NCBI GenBank assembly: GCA_038890745.1
Contig: JAWAFD010000002.1
Span: forward strand, 1 to 64,000
DNA length: 64,000 bases
Direction: 5' to 3'
Origin: Candidatus Anstonellales archaeon
GTDB lineage: Archaea > Micrarchaeota > Micrarchaeia > Anstonellales > J096
Shown: piece after piece, positions 30,124 to 40,034 of the stretch
Layout of the letters: every line of letters begins with the position of its first letter
Position numbering within the stretch: position 1 is the first letter of the stretch
The notes under the pieces: generated by a model
Databases searched by the model: none
What the model saw: the letters and a program-made list of their open reading frames with translations, nothing else
Told to the model about the DNA's origin: nothing
Position numbers and translations under genes: made by a program

Positions 30124-30422
30124 GCATAGTGGATGAGCTTATGGGAAGAGGGATAGAGTCTGCTCTTATAACGAGGGATGGAAGGGTAAAAGAGCAGAGC
30201 GGCAAGTTTGAGGATGCAGCCATCAATCTTTCTACAAATATAGTAAACAGAATGGCAGTTATATTTGAGCAGATGAAGGATAGCGTGGATGAGATTGTTA
30301 TAGAAACAGCATCAAGAAAAATAATATTCATTCCTTTTGAGAAGGAGTTTCTGGTCGCTTTTGTTAAAACAGAGCAGGAGAAAAAAATTGTAAGGGAAGT
30401 AGTGGGAGCAAATGTACGCTGA
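30120..30422 (+). CDS. Roadblock/LC7-like protein
   Basis: SALITRDG..EIVIET pattern; ~100 aa. Confidence 0.6.
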   Translation: MSIVDELMGRGIESALITRDGRVKEQSGKFEDAAINLSTNIVNRMAVIFEQMKDSVDEIVIETASRKIIFIPFEKEFLVAFVKTEQEKKIVREVVGANVR

Positions 30423-31659
30423 GAGAAGAAGGGAGTGGAGCGAGGAAGTATTTCTCAGCATTATAAATGATGAGTTTAAGATAAATTCTGGAATGAGCAG
30501 CGGTGTATCCGCGAGGGTTTTAAAAAACGGCTGGGGGTTTGCTTCTGGAAGCAACGAGAGGGAGGTTTTTGAAAAAGCTAAAAGAATTGCCTCCCTACGC
30601 GGAGAGAAGATAAAAATAATCCCTTCCTATGCAAAATATAAAAAAAGGATAAGCAGCGGTGTTCCGGATAGTGAGGAGTTGGCCCGATTCGTGAAGGAGG
30701 TGTATGATTCCATACATGCATACAAAAAACAGGTTTCCATAAAAGTATGGAAGATAAAAAAGGAGTTTGAGAACACCGAGGGTGCCGAAATAGAGGAAGA
30801 AAGTTTCTATGTTTATGGTGGGGTTGGTGCTTTTGCGAAAAAAGGGAACAGGATAGAGAAGTACTTCTCGCGGGTTGGGGAAAGAAAATTCGATGAAAAG
30901 ACAAAGCAAAGGTTTTTTGATGCGGCTAGTGAGGCTGAGAGATACGCAAAAGAGCTGCTGAGAGCTAAGACGGCAAAGCCCGGCGAGTATGATGTTGTGC
31001 TCGATAGCGAGATAACCGGCCTTCTTGCGCACGAGGCAGTTGGGCATGCGAGCGAGGCTGACAGTGTTCTTGAAGGAGAGTCGCTTTTTAAGGGAAAGAT
31101 AGGAAAGAAAATAGGGAAGGAGAGCCTTACAATAGTTGATAATCCAATGATTGGGTTTGGGGGGTATTATTATGATGATGAGGGACACGAGGGGAGGGAA
31201 GTGAAAATTATTGAGAATGGGGTTTTGAAAGAGTATTTGAAAGACGAGCATGCTGCAAAGGTTTTTGGAAAGCCGAATGGACATGGAAGGGCGCAGGGTT
31301 TTGCGTATCAGCCGATTGTAAGGATGAGCAACACGTATGTTGCTCCTGGGGATGCAGATGATGAGGAGATGTTTGATGGAAATGGGGTGTTTCTTAAGGG
31401 AATGAATGGGGGGAGCGTTGACCCTTTTACAGGAGGGTTTATGTTTAAGGCTGCGATAGGATGGAGGTTTAGAAATGGGAGGTTTGGCGAGGTTTTGAAG
31501 GATGTTGTTGTTTCTGGAAATTTTCTTGAAACGATAAAAAATGTTGAGATGGTTGGAAAAGAGGTTAGATTGGACCCTGGGTTTTGCGGAAAATCGGGCC
31601 AGAGTGTGCCTGTGAGCGATGGGGGGCCAAAAATAAAGATAAAGGGGTGTTTGGGATAG
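30412..31659 (+). CDS. tldD: TldD/PmbA-family metalloprotease
   Basis: HEAVGHASEAD, DDEG, RMSNT, CGKSGQ. Confidence 0.93.
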   Translation: MYAERRREWSEEVFLSIINDEFKINSGMSSGVSARVLKNGWGFASGSNEREVFEKAKRIASLRGEKIKIIPSYAKYKKRISSGVPDSEELARFVKEVYDSIHAYKKQVSIKVWKIKKEFENTEGAEIEEESFYVYGGVGAFAKKGNRIEKYFSRVGERKFDEKTKQRFFDAASEAERYAKELLRAKTAKPGEYDVVLDSEITGLLAHEAVGHASEADSVLEGESLFKGKIGKKIGKESLTIVDNPMIGFGGYYYDDEGHEGREVKIIENGVLKEYLKDEHAAKVFGKPNGHGRAQGFAYQPIVRMSNTYVAPGDADDEEMFDGNGVFLKGMNGGSVDPFTGGFMFKAAIGWRFRNGRFGEVLKDVVVSGNFLETIKNVEMVGKEVRLDPGFCGKSGQSVPVSDGGPKIKIKGCLG

Positions 31660-31742
31660 GAGGATTGTAACTATAGTTACATTGGAACCCAGGTCCCCAA
31701 ACATTTATAAATAAAAAATTTCTCATCCCTTCGGCGACTGGA

Positions 31743-32009
31743 ATGATAGAGGATGAGGTAGTACATTGGTGGAAGGATGAAAAAGGGGAGCAGCACAAAA
31801 CAATTCTTAGATTGGAAAGCGAACCTGCTTCTGAAAACAACGGCTTTCCTAGGGATGGCATTATTATTATAAGGTTGATAAACACAACTGGAAATGTTGC
31901 AATGAAGCTAAACCCAGATGAAGCCCTAAGGCTGAGCACCCAGCTTCTTGCAATCGCAAAAACGCTTTTAAATGAAAAAAGAAAGCTCTGGAATGAGAAA
32001 GAGCTATAG
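31743..32009 (+). CDS. Hypothetical protein
   Basis: Own TATA-like TTTATAAA upstream. Confidence 0.65.
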   Translation: MIEDEVVHWWKDEKGEQHKTILRLESEPASENNGFPRDGIIIIRLINTTGNVAMKLNPDEALRLSTQLLAIAKTLLNEKRKLWNEKEL

Positions 32010-33368
32010 TTTTTTCAGCTCCATCCCAACCTCTAACAAAAACCTATTCAATTTGTCTTTTGGAATCTCTGCACCTGCAGCTAGATGATGCCCACCCCCT
32101 ATCCCTCCAACCCTTTCAGCTGCCACTCTCATCACACCCCCAAGGTTCAGTCCCCTCTCAAGCATCCTCCTATTCCCTCTCGAGCTTACCTTTATTCCTC
32201 CCTCTTCGCTATTGCTTATCCCAATAACTGGCTTATCATAACTTACCCTCATAACCATTCCACAAACAATCCCGATTATCCCTTCGTATATCTTTTCCCT
32301 CCCATCTATAAAATAGAAACTACCCATATCTACAAAATTATTCCTAGCAAACATGATCCCTTCCCTTATTGCGTTTTTATGCATCCGCAGAAGCCCCTCT
32401 GCTTTTTTGTATGCTTCTCTGTTTCCTAGCGCAGCCTCAATCCCAACATCCGGCTCATGATGCCTTCCGCACGCATTGAGCATGGTAGAAAATTCATGCG
32501 CATCATACATTATTGTTTTTTCATCGTAATTCGGCAAAGAATAAACATTCCCAACAAGCTCGCCAACGTCCTGATCATACTCAACCATTATACTCGCAAG
32601 CGCAGAGATAAGCTTTTTTTTCTCTTCCTCCCTCAAATCCGAATAAGTCTTCCATCCATTCTCCTTCATTTCTATTCCAATTTCGGTGAGGAGTCTTATT
32701 GCACTATCCTCATTATAACTTATTGTTGGTATGTATGGCTCATCAGAATACGCAAGGAAAGCATGCAATGGTCTGGAATGTCTCCCATAAAGGGTAATAT
32801 CATACTCTTCCTTAACCTCACCCATTTTCTTTCCTTCCTCAACAATATACCTATTTGCGCTTTCAAATGGGTATTGCATATCCCCAAGCGCTCCAACAAT
32901 CGCCAGGTCTCTTCTGCAACCGAAAACAATACTCGCAACCCCGCTTGAAGAAACCTCCCTTCCCCCATCCATCCCAAACATCCATGGGTTTATCTGCGGT
33001 TTTTCTATTTTGACCGGCTGGTGGTGGTCTATTATTATCACATCCCCGAGTTCATTCACCCTCTCATTCCCACTTCCCAAATCAACAAAAATTATTTCCC
33101 TCTCTTTCCTTAATCTCTCTATTGCATTATCATCCAGTTTTTTTATTGAAACTGCCCTGTATTTTTTCCACTCCCTTCTAAGCGCATACTCAACTATCGC
33201 TCGCGCCGCCAATCCATCGCAATCATAATGGGAAACTATCAATGGATTCTCAAAACTGAGAGCAATCCTCCGCATCTCCTCTCCATGTTCCAGCATCCTT
33301 TCTGTTTTCTCTTCCACGCCTTTCATTCTCTCCTCCTTAATAAAAATATTTGCTCGCTTCACCGCCAA
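32004..33368 (-). CDS. RecJ/Cdc45-like DHH nuclease
   Basis: HYDCDG, DLG, DHH, GGGH motifs; start uncertain. Confidence 0.92.
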   Translation of the reverse strand: MAVKRANIFIKEERMKGVEEKTERMLEHGEEMRRIALSFENPLIVSHYDCDGLAARAIVEYALRREWKKYRAVSIKKLDDNAIERLRKEREIIFVDLGSGNERVNELGDVIIIDHHQPVKIEKPQINPWMFGMDGGREVSSSGVASIVFGCRRDLAIVGALGDMQYPFESANRYIVEEGKKMGEVKEEYDITLYGRHSRPLHAFLAYSDEPYIPTISYNEDSAIRLLTEIGIEMKENGWKTYSDLREEEKKKLISALASIMVEYDQDVGELVGNVYSLPNYDEKTIMYDAHEFSTMLNACGRHHEPDVGIEAALGNREAYKKAEGLLRMHKNAIREGIMFARNNFVDMGSFYFIDGREKIYEGIIGIVCGMVMRVSYDKPVIGISNSEEGGIKVSSRGNRRMLERGLNLGGVMRVAAERVGGIGGGHHLAAGAEIPKDKLNRFLLEVGMELKKL

Positions 33369-33401
33369 ATTTTAAAAACATTTTTATTTATAAAAAACAA
33401 C

Positions 33402-33929
33402 ATGCAGTTTAGGCAGGCGTTCAGGGAATTTGGAAAATTTTCAAAAAGAACAGCAGCCGCGCTTTTCCTCTCCATTGGTTTAGCATACGCTCAGGAGATT
33501 CAAATGAACCAAAAAACCCAATCAAATAACCCAGCCTACACAGCCGTGATGGACAGCATTTCTACATACAGCTCCAATTCTTTTTCTGTTGATACCTCGC
33601 AGATAGATTCTATTATTGCAAAGATTAAAGCAGGAGGATATGCAGCAATCAAAACTTCATATTTGAATGTTGTTGAATACGGAACTGCCGCCGATCCTTT
33701 TGGTGGGGGCTCCTACTCCTATGCAAGCGACCCTTTCAACTGCAAGATTTATAGAATACTAAAGGATGGTGAAGTTGTTGGGTGGATTGTTGATAAGGAA
33801 ACAAAACATTATTCTATGAACGAATTCGGCCAACCAGACCCTTTTAATTATTACATAGACCGCTCCATCTTGCTATTTTTTGCAAAAACACAAAAAGGAG
33901 AAGAACTTAAAAAATTTTTAGGATACTAG
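33402..33929 (+). CDS. Secreted orphan protein
   Basis: Signal peptide ending AYA-Q. Confidence 0.65.
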   Translation: MQFRQAFREFGKFSKRTAAALFLSIGLAYAQEIQMNQKTQSNNPAYTAVMDSISTYSSNSFSVDTSQIDSIIAKIKAGGYAAIKTSYLNVVEYGTAADPFGGGSYSYASDPFNCKIYRILKDGEVVGWIVDKETKHYSMNEFGQPDPFNYYIDRSILLFFAKTQKGEELKKFLGY

Positions 33930-34162
33930 ATCTCCCTAACCCCATCCTTTTCCACATGGATGCAGTTTACAGGACAGCTTTGGGCGGCAGTAAGATTGCA
34001 TCCCTCTTCTTTTGCATTAAGCTTGAAAACTCCTCCCTCATTTTTCGCTCCCTTTAACTTACTCTTCCCATCATTAGCCATCTCCCAGTATGCAGAGCAG
34101 ACAGCAGCGCAAGCACCGCATCCTATGCACTTGTCCCTTTCATGAATTATGATGACTGTCAT
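33926..34162 (-). CDS. Ferredoxin (single cluster)
   Basis: CIGCGAC..CPVNCI. Confidence 0.92.
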   Translation of the reverse strand: MTVIIIHERDKCIGCGACAAVCSAYWEMANDGKSKLKGAKNEGGVFKLNAKEEGCNLTAAQSCPVNCIHVEKDGVREI

Positions 34163-34192
34163 ACCATCACGCAAAGAATTCGCACGCAAACT

Positions 34193-34708
34193 TTAAAACT
34201 GTTTCCTCCTCTTTTTTCCGCTCTTTTTCTTTTTGATTGTCTCGTTTAGTAGTGGAAAGGCGATGATAAAGAGTATGAAAGCAAAAAGCCCTATCGGGAT
34301 AATAATATCCCAAGAAAACCCTCCCCCTTCATCCTCATCCCCTTCTTCATACGGCGCTACAACAACCTTTTCATAATCTGTTTCATCGCTAGTATACTCC
34401 CCATCCCCGTTCATGTCCAAGCATGCAAAATATTCATGCGTTCCTATGGACGGAATGTTGAAATAGCATTCACCCTGGCTTAGTTCAAAAGAGCAAACAA
34501 CATTCCCTTTGCACGACCCTTCACTTATGTTTATCTCCCCTATGCAGTTTTCCAACCCGCTTACCTTAGCAACTATTTTTTTACCGCTTACATCAATAGT
34601 TAGGTCCATGTCTCCGTAGCATTGGGTTGTTTGTTCTTCTTTCTGTTCAGCATAAAAAATAGGAATAATGAAAAGCATGAGTAGAACTGCTAAAATTTTT
34701 TTATGCAT
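34193..34708 (-). CDS. Secreted Cys-containing protein with C-terminal anchor
   Basis: Signal peptide, DMNGDG Ca-loop-like motif, TM and basic tail. Confidence 0.7.
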   Translation of the reverse strand: MHKKILAVLLMLFIIPIFYAEQKEEQTTQCYGDMDLTIDVSGKKIVAKVSGLENCIGEINISEGSCKGNVVCSFELSQGECYFNIPSIGTHEYFACLDMNGDGEYTSDETDYEKVVVAPYEEGDEDEGGGFSWDIIIPIGLFAFILFIIAFPLLNETIKKKKSGKKRRKQF

Positions 34709-34732
34709 GGCTTAATTTTTCAGATAAAAAAT

Positions 34733-35254
34733 TTAAATGTATGCCAATGCAAAGTTTCCAATATACGCAACCGCAATAAACTTCAAAATTTTTCCAGCCC
34801 CGACCGCGAGCAGGAATCTCCAAACAGGAATCTTCAACGCCCCAGCAGCTATTCCTGCAACATCGAATATTGGGTTTGGAAGGGCTGCAAGGACAAAGAG
34901 CACGATCACATCCGCATTCCTCAACCATTCTTTCTGCCTTTTATATTCCGGAAGTTTTTTGCTATCAACAACCTCCCTTCCCCCATACCCTATCATATAT
35001 CCTGTAAGCTCCCCAAATGCAGACCCAATCCCCGCGCATACCCCAAGAATGAAGGGGTTGAGAAATGAAGCCATACCCGCAACAATAGCCCAACCAGGCG
35101 CAGGAAGAATAACTGTTGCAGAAGAAACGAGCGCAACAAAAAAACCACCCGCATACCCCCATTCTTGTAAGAAGGTAAGCTGGGAAGAAAGATAGAATGC
35201 AACAACCGCGACCACAGCACCTAAAACCATACCAAAGATTTCCTTTTTTCTCAT
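34733..35254 (-). CDS. VTT/DedA-family membrane protein
   Basis: GSAFGELTGY, PNPIFDVAGIAAG, GKILK. Confidence 0.88.
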   Translation of the reverse strand: MRKKEIFGMVLGAVVAVVAFYLSSQLTFLQEWGYAGGFFVALVSSATVILPAPGWAIVAGMASFLNPFILGVCAGIGSAFGELTGYMIGYGGREVVDSKKLPEYKRQKEWLRNADVIVLFVLAALPNPIFDVAGIAAGALKIPVWRFLLAVGAGKILKFIAVAYIGNFALAYI

Positions 35255-35883
35255 CCTTCAACCTTTTCCATTATCTGCTCAGCAGTCCTAAACCCAGTAA
35301 GCTTGTATTTTTCATCTATCACTATTGTAGGATAGTGTACTACGTTATGCTCTTTTTTCAGTGCTCTTACGATGCTGCTTTCGCTCGACCCATCAAAGGA
35401 AAACACCTTCAAACTCCAATTGCTCTTTTCTCTAGCAAGCGTAAGTTCCTTTCCCTGTTTTTCACATTCCGGGCAGTCCTTTGAATAAAAATAAAGCGCG
35501 AGCGAAAAGTTCCCCCCGCACATCTCTTTAACTTTTTTAGCCATAAGATAGTTCCTAAGCTCAAGGGAGAAATATTTATTTTTTAGTTCCGGGTCGTAAA
35601 CCTGTTTCTGCTTCTCAAGGTATTCAAGCTCCTGCCCGAGCGCCTCTGTTTCTCCAAATGCTTTCGCCAGTCCCTCCTCATAAACCGGACAGAAAGATGG
35701 GGATTTTTCAATAAGAAGTATGAGCTGCACATCGCTGATCCTCCCCATCGACTCCTCGATGGATGAGCGAATGCTTTTTGCTGCCTCCTGTTCAATTACT
35801 ATCCCTAGATACAACCCTGCTCCGAATATGAATGTTGCAATCAAAAACGCAGCAACATAAAGCGGAAAATTTATCTTTCGCAT
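35251..35883 (-). CDS. Membrane-anchored thioredoxin-like protein
   Basis: FYSKDCPEC..YPTIVI. Confidence 0.8.
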   Translation of the reverse strand: MRKINFPLYVAAFLIATFIFGAGLYLGIVIEQEAAKSIRSSIEESMGRISDVQLILLIEKSPSFCPVYEEGLAKAFGETEALGQELEYLEKQKQVYDPELKNKYFSLELRNYLMAKKVKEMCGGNFSLALYFYSKDCPECEKQGKELTLAREKSNWSLKVFSFDGSSESSIVRALKKEHNVVHYPTIVIDEKYKLTGFRTAEQIMEKVEG

Positions 35884-35884
35884 A

Positions 35885-37084
35885 TCACCACCTCAATTTT
35901 TCAAACCTTAGCTCTTTTGCTATCGCGCTTATCCAAAATATTGTTATGAGATATGCATAGCTAAAAATATAAATCAGTATCATCGGCATGTCTATTTTTT
36001 CATTCCTGAAAACCTTTAGCCCAAAATATATCCACACGAGATTCAGTATGAAAAGCATAACCCCGATTATTATGGCGGGTGTAAGCGCAAGAAGAATAAA
36101 ATGCTGTGTTAAAGGAATCTGCTCTGAATAAAACCTCCCGTATATAAGAATGAAGAATATCGCAAATATCGCGAGGACGGATAGAAAGCCTATGGGAAGA
36201 ACGATCAGCCCTAAGTCACCATATTTCGGGCTTATCAGGTGCAGGTATTTGTAAGAATTTCTTAACCCTCCCCTGTGCCATCTTATTCTTTGCTTGAGCA
36301 GAGAACCAAAAGTTCTGGGTACTTCTGTGTAAACATCAGCATCCAAGCTAGACCTTATCTTGTAGTTGTAGCTTTGTATCCGCATCGCCATTTCCTGATC
36401 CTCTAAAATGTTGTTTCTGTCAAACCCACCTATCTTCTTGAACAACTCTGCTTTGAACATGCTGAAAGGACCGGGCGTTACATATATTGCATCTATAAAT
36501 TCCATCACCTTTCTTGAAAAAAGGGTATAGATGTACTCAACCGCCTGCAGCCTCTCCAAAAAACCCTCCCTGTTCGCGGCTTTAACCGCAGCGGTTACTG
36601 CCATCACCCCCTCTTCTTTAAAATACGGAAGCATTTTCACTATTGCTTTTGGGGTGATGTATGAATCAGCGTCCAGCGTGGCTATTATCTCTCCGCTCGC
36701 TTTCTCTATCCCCATATTCACGCTGTCAGCTTTCCCAGAGTTTTTCTTCCTGAAAACCCTTATGTTTTCTGGGTGTTCTTTTTGCAAATTCTTTGCAATC
36801 TTATACGTTCTGTCCGTGCTCCCATCATCCACTATTATGATTTCTATTTTGTTTTTTGGGTAATCTGCATTTAGAACAGACATTACGCACCTTTCCAGGT
36901 TTTTCTCCTCATTATAAGCTGGAACAATCACACTTATTTTCGGCTTCCATTTTTTATCCGGCCTTGGCTTTTTCAGTATTTTTTCTCTATTTTGTATAAG
37001 TACAAGCATGAAGAATACCATTATGAATAATGCAAGGTAAAGGATGAACAGCTCAATAACAACCTTTATGTTGAACTCCATCAA
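35885..37084 (-). CDS. GT2 processive glycosyltransferase
   Basis: VPAYNEE, DDGSTD, DADS, ED, QRIRW. Confidence 0.95.
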   Translation of the reverse strand: MMEFNIKVVIELFILYLALFIMVFFMLVLIQNREKILKKPRPDKKWKPKISVIVPAYNEEKNLERCVMSVLNADYPKNKIEIIIVDDGSTDRTYKIAKNLQKEHPENIRVFRKKNSGKADSVNMGIEKASGEIIATLDADSYITPKAIVKMLPYFKEEGVMAVTAAVKAANREGFLERLQAVEYIYTLFSRKVMEFIDAIYVTPGPFSMFKAELFKKIGGFDRNNILEDQEMAMRIQSYNYKIRSSLDADVYTEVPRTFGSLLKQRIRWHRGGLRNSYKYLHLISPKYGDLGLIVLPIGFLSVLAIFAIFFILIYGRFYSEQIPLTQHFILLALTPAIIIGVMLFILNLVWIYFGLKVFRNEKIDMPMILIYIFSYAYLITIFWISAIAKELRFEKLRW

Positions 37085-37133
37085 AGGAGATTTGTTGCTA
37101 AGTTTTTAAAACACTGCTTGCGCAAACAAAACC

Positions 37134-38183
37134 ATGCTTTTCGAGATTGGAATATTCGGGCTTCTGCTTACAATCCTTCTCTCCCTCCCTCTCATCCTTT
37201 CCCCTCCCCTTAGCCAAAAAATAAAAAAATCAAGACCCAAGCAGGTTGATGTTGTTCTCTTTGCCCTCAACGAGCCGGAGGGTATAGTGAAAGACAGTCT
37301 CCTTTCCCTAAAAAAACTAAAAGGAAAAAAGAGGGTTTTTTTGATAAAGGGCGGGGCGGATAGCAGGGAACTGAGAAAATTCTGCGAGAAAAACAAAATA
37401 AATTATATTTTTGATGAGAGTCAGGGAAAAGCAAAAGCCCTAAACAATTTTATAAAAACCAAAGCAGGCGAATACATCGCAGTTTTCGATTGTGATGAGC
37501 GTGTTATAAACAAAAATTTTCTGCTCGATGCGCTCGCTTTTTTGGATGAGCGGGCGGCCTATGTCCAAACAGTGAAGAGCTTTCCAGCAGAAAACATTTT
37601 TGAAAAATCCATGCGCATAACAAACGAAACGTTCCTTGCAAAGGTTCAGGAAACTGAGGGAAAAAAGGAAACCGCGCTTTTTGCTGGAAGTGTTGCGGTG
37701 TTAAGAAAAAAAGCAATAATAAATTCTGGCTTTTTCAGCGAGGACGCGGCAGTTGAGGACATAGATTTTTCTTTTAAGGCTTTCAAGAATGGCTACCGCG
37801 GTAGGTTCATTCCAAAACTCTACGCCATTGGCAGAACCCCCTCTTTCTTGGGTTTTGTGAAGCAACATTTAAGGTATGTGTATGGGAACGGCCAACTCGT
37901 AAGAAAATTCGGTATAACCAGAATCCTTCTAACCCTCCCTGCCCTTAGTTTTTTCAATTCCCTCCTTCTTCTCTCCCTCACCCCTTCCGGGTATGCAGCA
38001 ATTTTCTTGGAGATTGTTTTCGCTGCAGTCATAGGAAAATTGCTATTCAGGGAATTTTTTGCGTCCTTCCTCTCAGCATTCATCAATTTTGTTCTTCTTC
38101 CCATCCCGCGCTCCCTTTATTTCCTTTTTGGTCTTCTCAGCATTAATGTGATTTTCGGACCGACCCATGAACACACGCCATGA
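37134..38183 (+). CDS. GT2 glycosyltransferase
   Basis: GKAKALN, FDCD, VED, QHLRY. Confidence 0.85.
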   Translation: MLFEIGIFGLLLTILLSLPLILSPPLSQKIKKSRPKQVDVVLFALNEPEGIVKDSLLSLKKLKGKKRVFLIKGGADSRELRKFCEKNKINYIFDESQGKAKALNNFIKTKAGEYIAVFDCDERVINKNFLLDALAFLDERAAYVQTVKSFPAENIFEKSMRITNETFLAKVQETEGKKETALFAGSVAVLRKKAIINSGFFSEDAAVEDIDFSFKAFKNGYRGRFIPKLYAIGRTPSFLGFVKQHLRYVYGNGQLVRKFGITRILLTLPALSFFNSLLLLSLTPSGYAAIFLEIVFAAVIGKLLFREFFASFLSAFINFVLLPIPRSLYFLFGLLSINVIFGPTHEHTP

Positions 38184-38380
38184 GTGCTGATGCATTTTGT
38201 AAATTATTTTTTACAAAATGCATGCGGATTGTAAATTTAGATTTACAAAATGAAGACTCTCGGTTGAAAAACCGCACCTTAAGATAATTTTAAAAATTTT
38301 TCGCGCATAAGAAAAGGACACCATTAATTTTTTCAGCAAGAATAACATAAATACTTCTGAAAAAATAAAAGGGTGAGAAT

Positions 38381-40033
38381 ATGGCAAAAATAAGTGGAGA
38401 AGGAGGAAATATAATGGGCGAAGGAGCCCAGAGGATAATAGGAAGGGACGCGATGCGCCTGAACATAGCAATCGGCTATGCAATGGCGAACATAATAAAG
38501 ACAACGCTTGGGCCAAAGGGAATGGACAAGATGCTGGTCAGCGACCTTGGGGATATTGTAATAACAAACGATGGCGCAACAATTCTTGAAGAGATGAACG
38601 TGGACCATCCAACAGCAAAGATAATGGTTGAGATTGCGAAAACGCAGGATAAGGAGGTTGGGGATGGAACAACAACGAGCGTGGTTATAGCCGGTTATCT
38701 TCTGAAAAACGCAGGTCAGCTTCTTGACAAGAACATCCATCCGACAACCATAATAAAAGGTTTTGAGCTTGCAGAAGCAAAATGCATGGAAGCGCTTTCA
38801 AAAATATCCGAACCAGTCACTCCTAAAGACACAAAGATACTTAAGCAGATTGCGATGGTTGCGATGGGAAGCAAGGGAATAGGAAGTCAGAAGGAGAAGG
38901 AAAAGATTGCTGACATTGTTGTTGAAGCAGTCGGGCAGGTTGCCGAACAGATAAATGGAAAAACAGTAATAGATACTGATTTCATACAGATTGAGAAAAA
39001 GGCAGGCGGCGAAATAATGGATACCTCCCTGATAAAAGGCGTGGTTGTGGATAAGGAAATTGTAAATGCAAGCATGCCGAAGAAGGTTGATAACGCAAAA
39101 ATTGCCCTTCTTGATGCGGCGCTGGAAATAGAGAAAACAGAAACCGATGCAAAAATAGAGATAACCTCTCCGGACCAGTTGGAGGCATTTTTGAGGCAGG
39201 AGGAAAAGATGCTGAAAGATATGGTGGATAAGATAAAGAAAACCGGAGCAAACGTTGTTTTTGTGCAGAAAGGAATAGATGACTTAGCTCAACACTACCT
39301 TGCAAAAGAGGGGATAGTTGCTGTACGAAGAGTGAAAAAGAGCGATATGGAAAAATTGGCAAAGGCAACCGGCGCAACAATAGTCTCAAGCATAGATAGC
39401 TTGAGCCCGAATGACCTTGGAAATGCTGGGTCTGTGACAGAGAAAAAGATTGCAGGCGAAGCGATGGTTTTTGTTGAGAAGTGCAAAGACCCGAAGAGCG
39501 TATCCATATTTGTAAGGGGAGGAACAGAGCATGTTGTGAATGAAGTTGAAAGGGCCATAAAGGATGCGATCGGTTCGGTTTCCTCTGCTCTTGAAGAAGG
39601 GAGCTATGTAACCGGGGGAGGGAGCGCAGAGATGGCGATTGCAAAAATGCTCAAAGATTATGCAACGGAGGTTGGCGGAAGGGAGCAGTTAGCGATTGAA
39701 GGTTTTGCGGATGCGCTTGAATCCATCCCAATTACTCTTGCTGAGAACGGTGGGATGGATGCCATAGACACGATTGTTGAGCTGAGAACAAAGCATGGAA
39801 AGAAGGGAACAACATGGGGGGTTGATGTTATAAACGGAAAGATTGCTGATATGAAAACCCTTGGCGTTCTTGAACCAACAAAAGTAAAAAAGCAGGCGAT
39901 CTCTTCAGCAACAGAGGCGGCGAGGCTTATACTTAGGATTGATGATATAATAAGCTCAAAAGGAAAATCTAGTGGAGGAAGCTCTGGAAAGGGCGGTAGC
40001 GAGACTGGTGAGATGGGCGGGGATATAGACTAA
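38381..40033 (+). CDS. ths: Thermosome subunit (group II chaperonin)
   Basis: [24 protein letters not shown]. Confidence 0.98.
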   Translation: MAKISGEGGNIMGEGAQRIIGRDAMRLNIAIGYAMANIIKTTLGPKGMDKMLVSDLGDIVITNDGATILEEMNVDHPTAKIMVEIAKTQDKEVGDGTTTSVVIAGYLLKNAGQLLDKNIHPTTIIKGFELAEAKCMEALSKISEPVTPKDTKILKQIAMVAMGSKGIGSQKEKEKIADIVVEAVGQVAEQINGKTVIDTDFIQIEKKAGGEIMDTSLIKGVVVDKEIVNASMPKKVDNAKIALLDAALEIEKTETDAKIEITSPDQLEAFLRQEEKMLKDMVDKIKKTGANVVFVQKGIDDLAQHYLAKEGIVAVRRVKKSDMEKLAKATGATIVSSIDSLSPNDLGNAGSVTEKKIAGEAMVFVEKCKDPKSVSIFVRGGTEHVVNEVERAIKDAIGSVSSALEEGSYVTGGGSAEMAIAKMLKDYATEVGGREQLAIEGFADALESIPITLAENGGMDAIDTIVELRTKHGKKGTTWGVDVINGKIADMKTLGVLEPTKVKKQAISSATEAARLILRIDDIISSKGKSSGGSSGKGGSETGEMGGDID

Positions 40034-40034
40034 G

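Noticed and set aside
30595..31704. 369-aa minus-strand ORF
   Set aside because: Shadow of tldD; no motifs
33228..33401. N-terminal extension of ORF 33228-33929
   Set aside because: Overlaps the RecJ-like gene and the divergent promoter; the signal peptide begins at 33402
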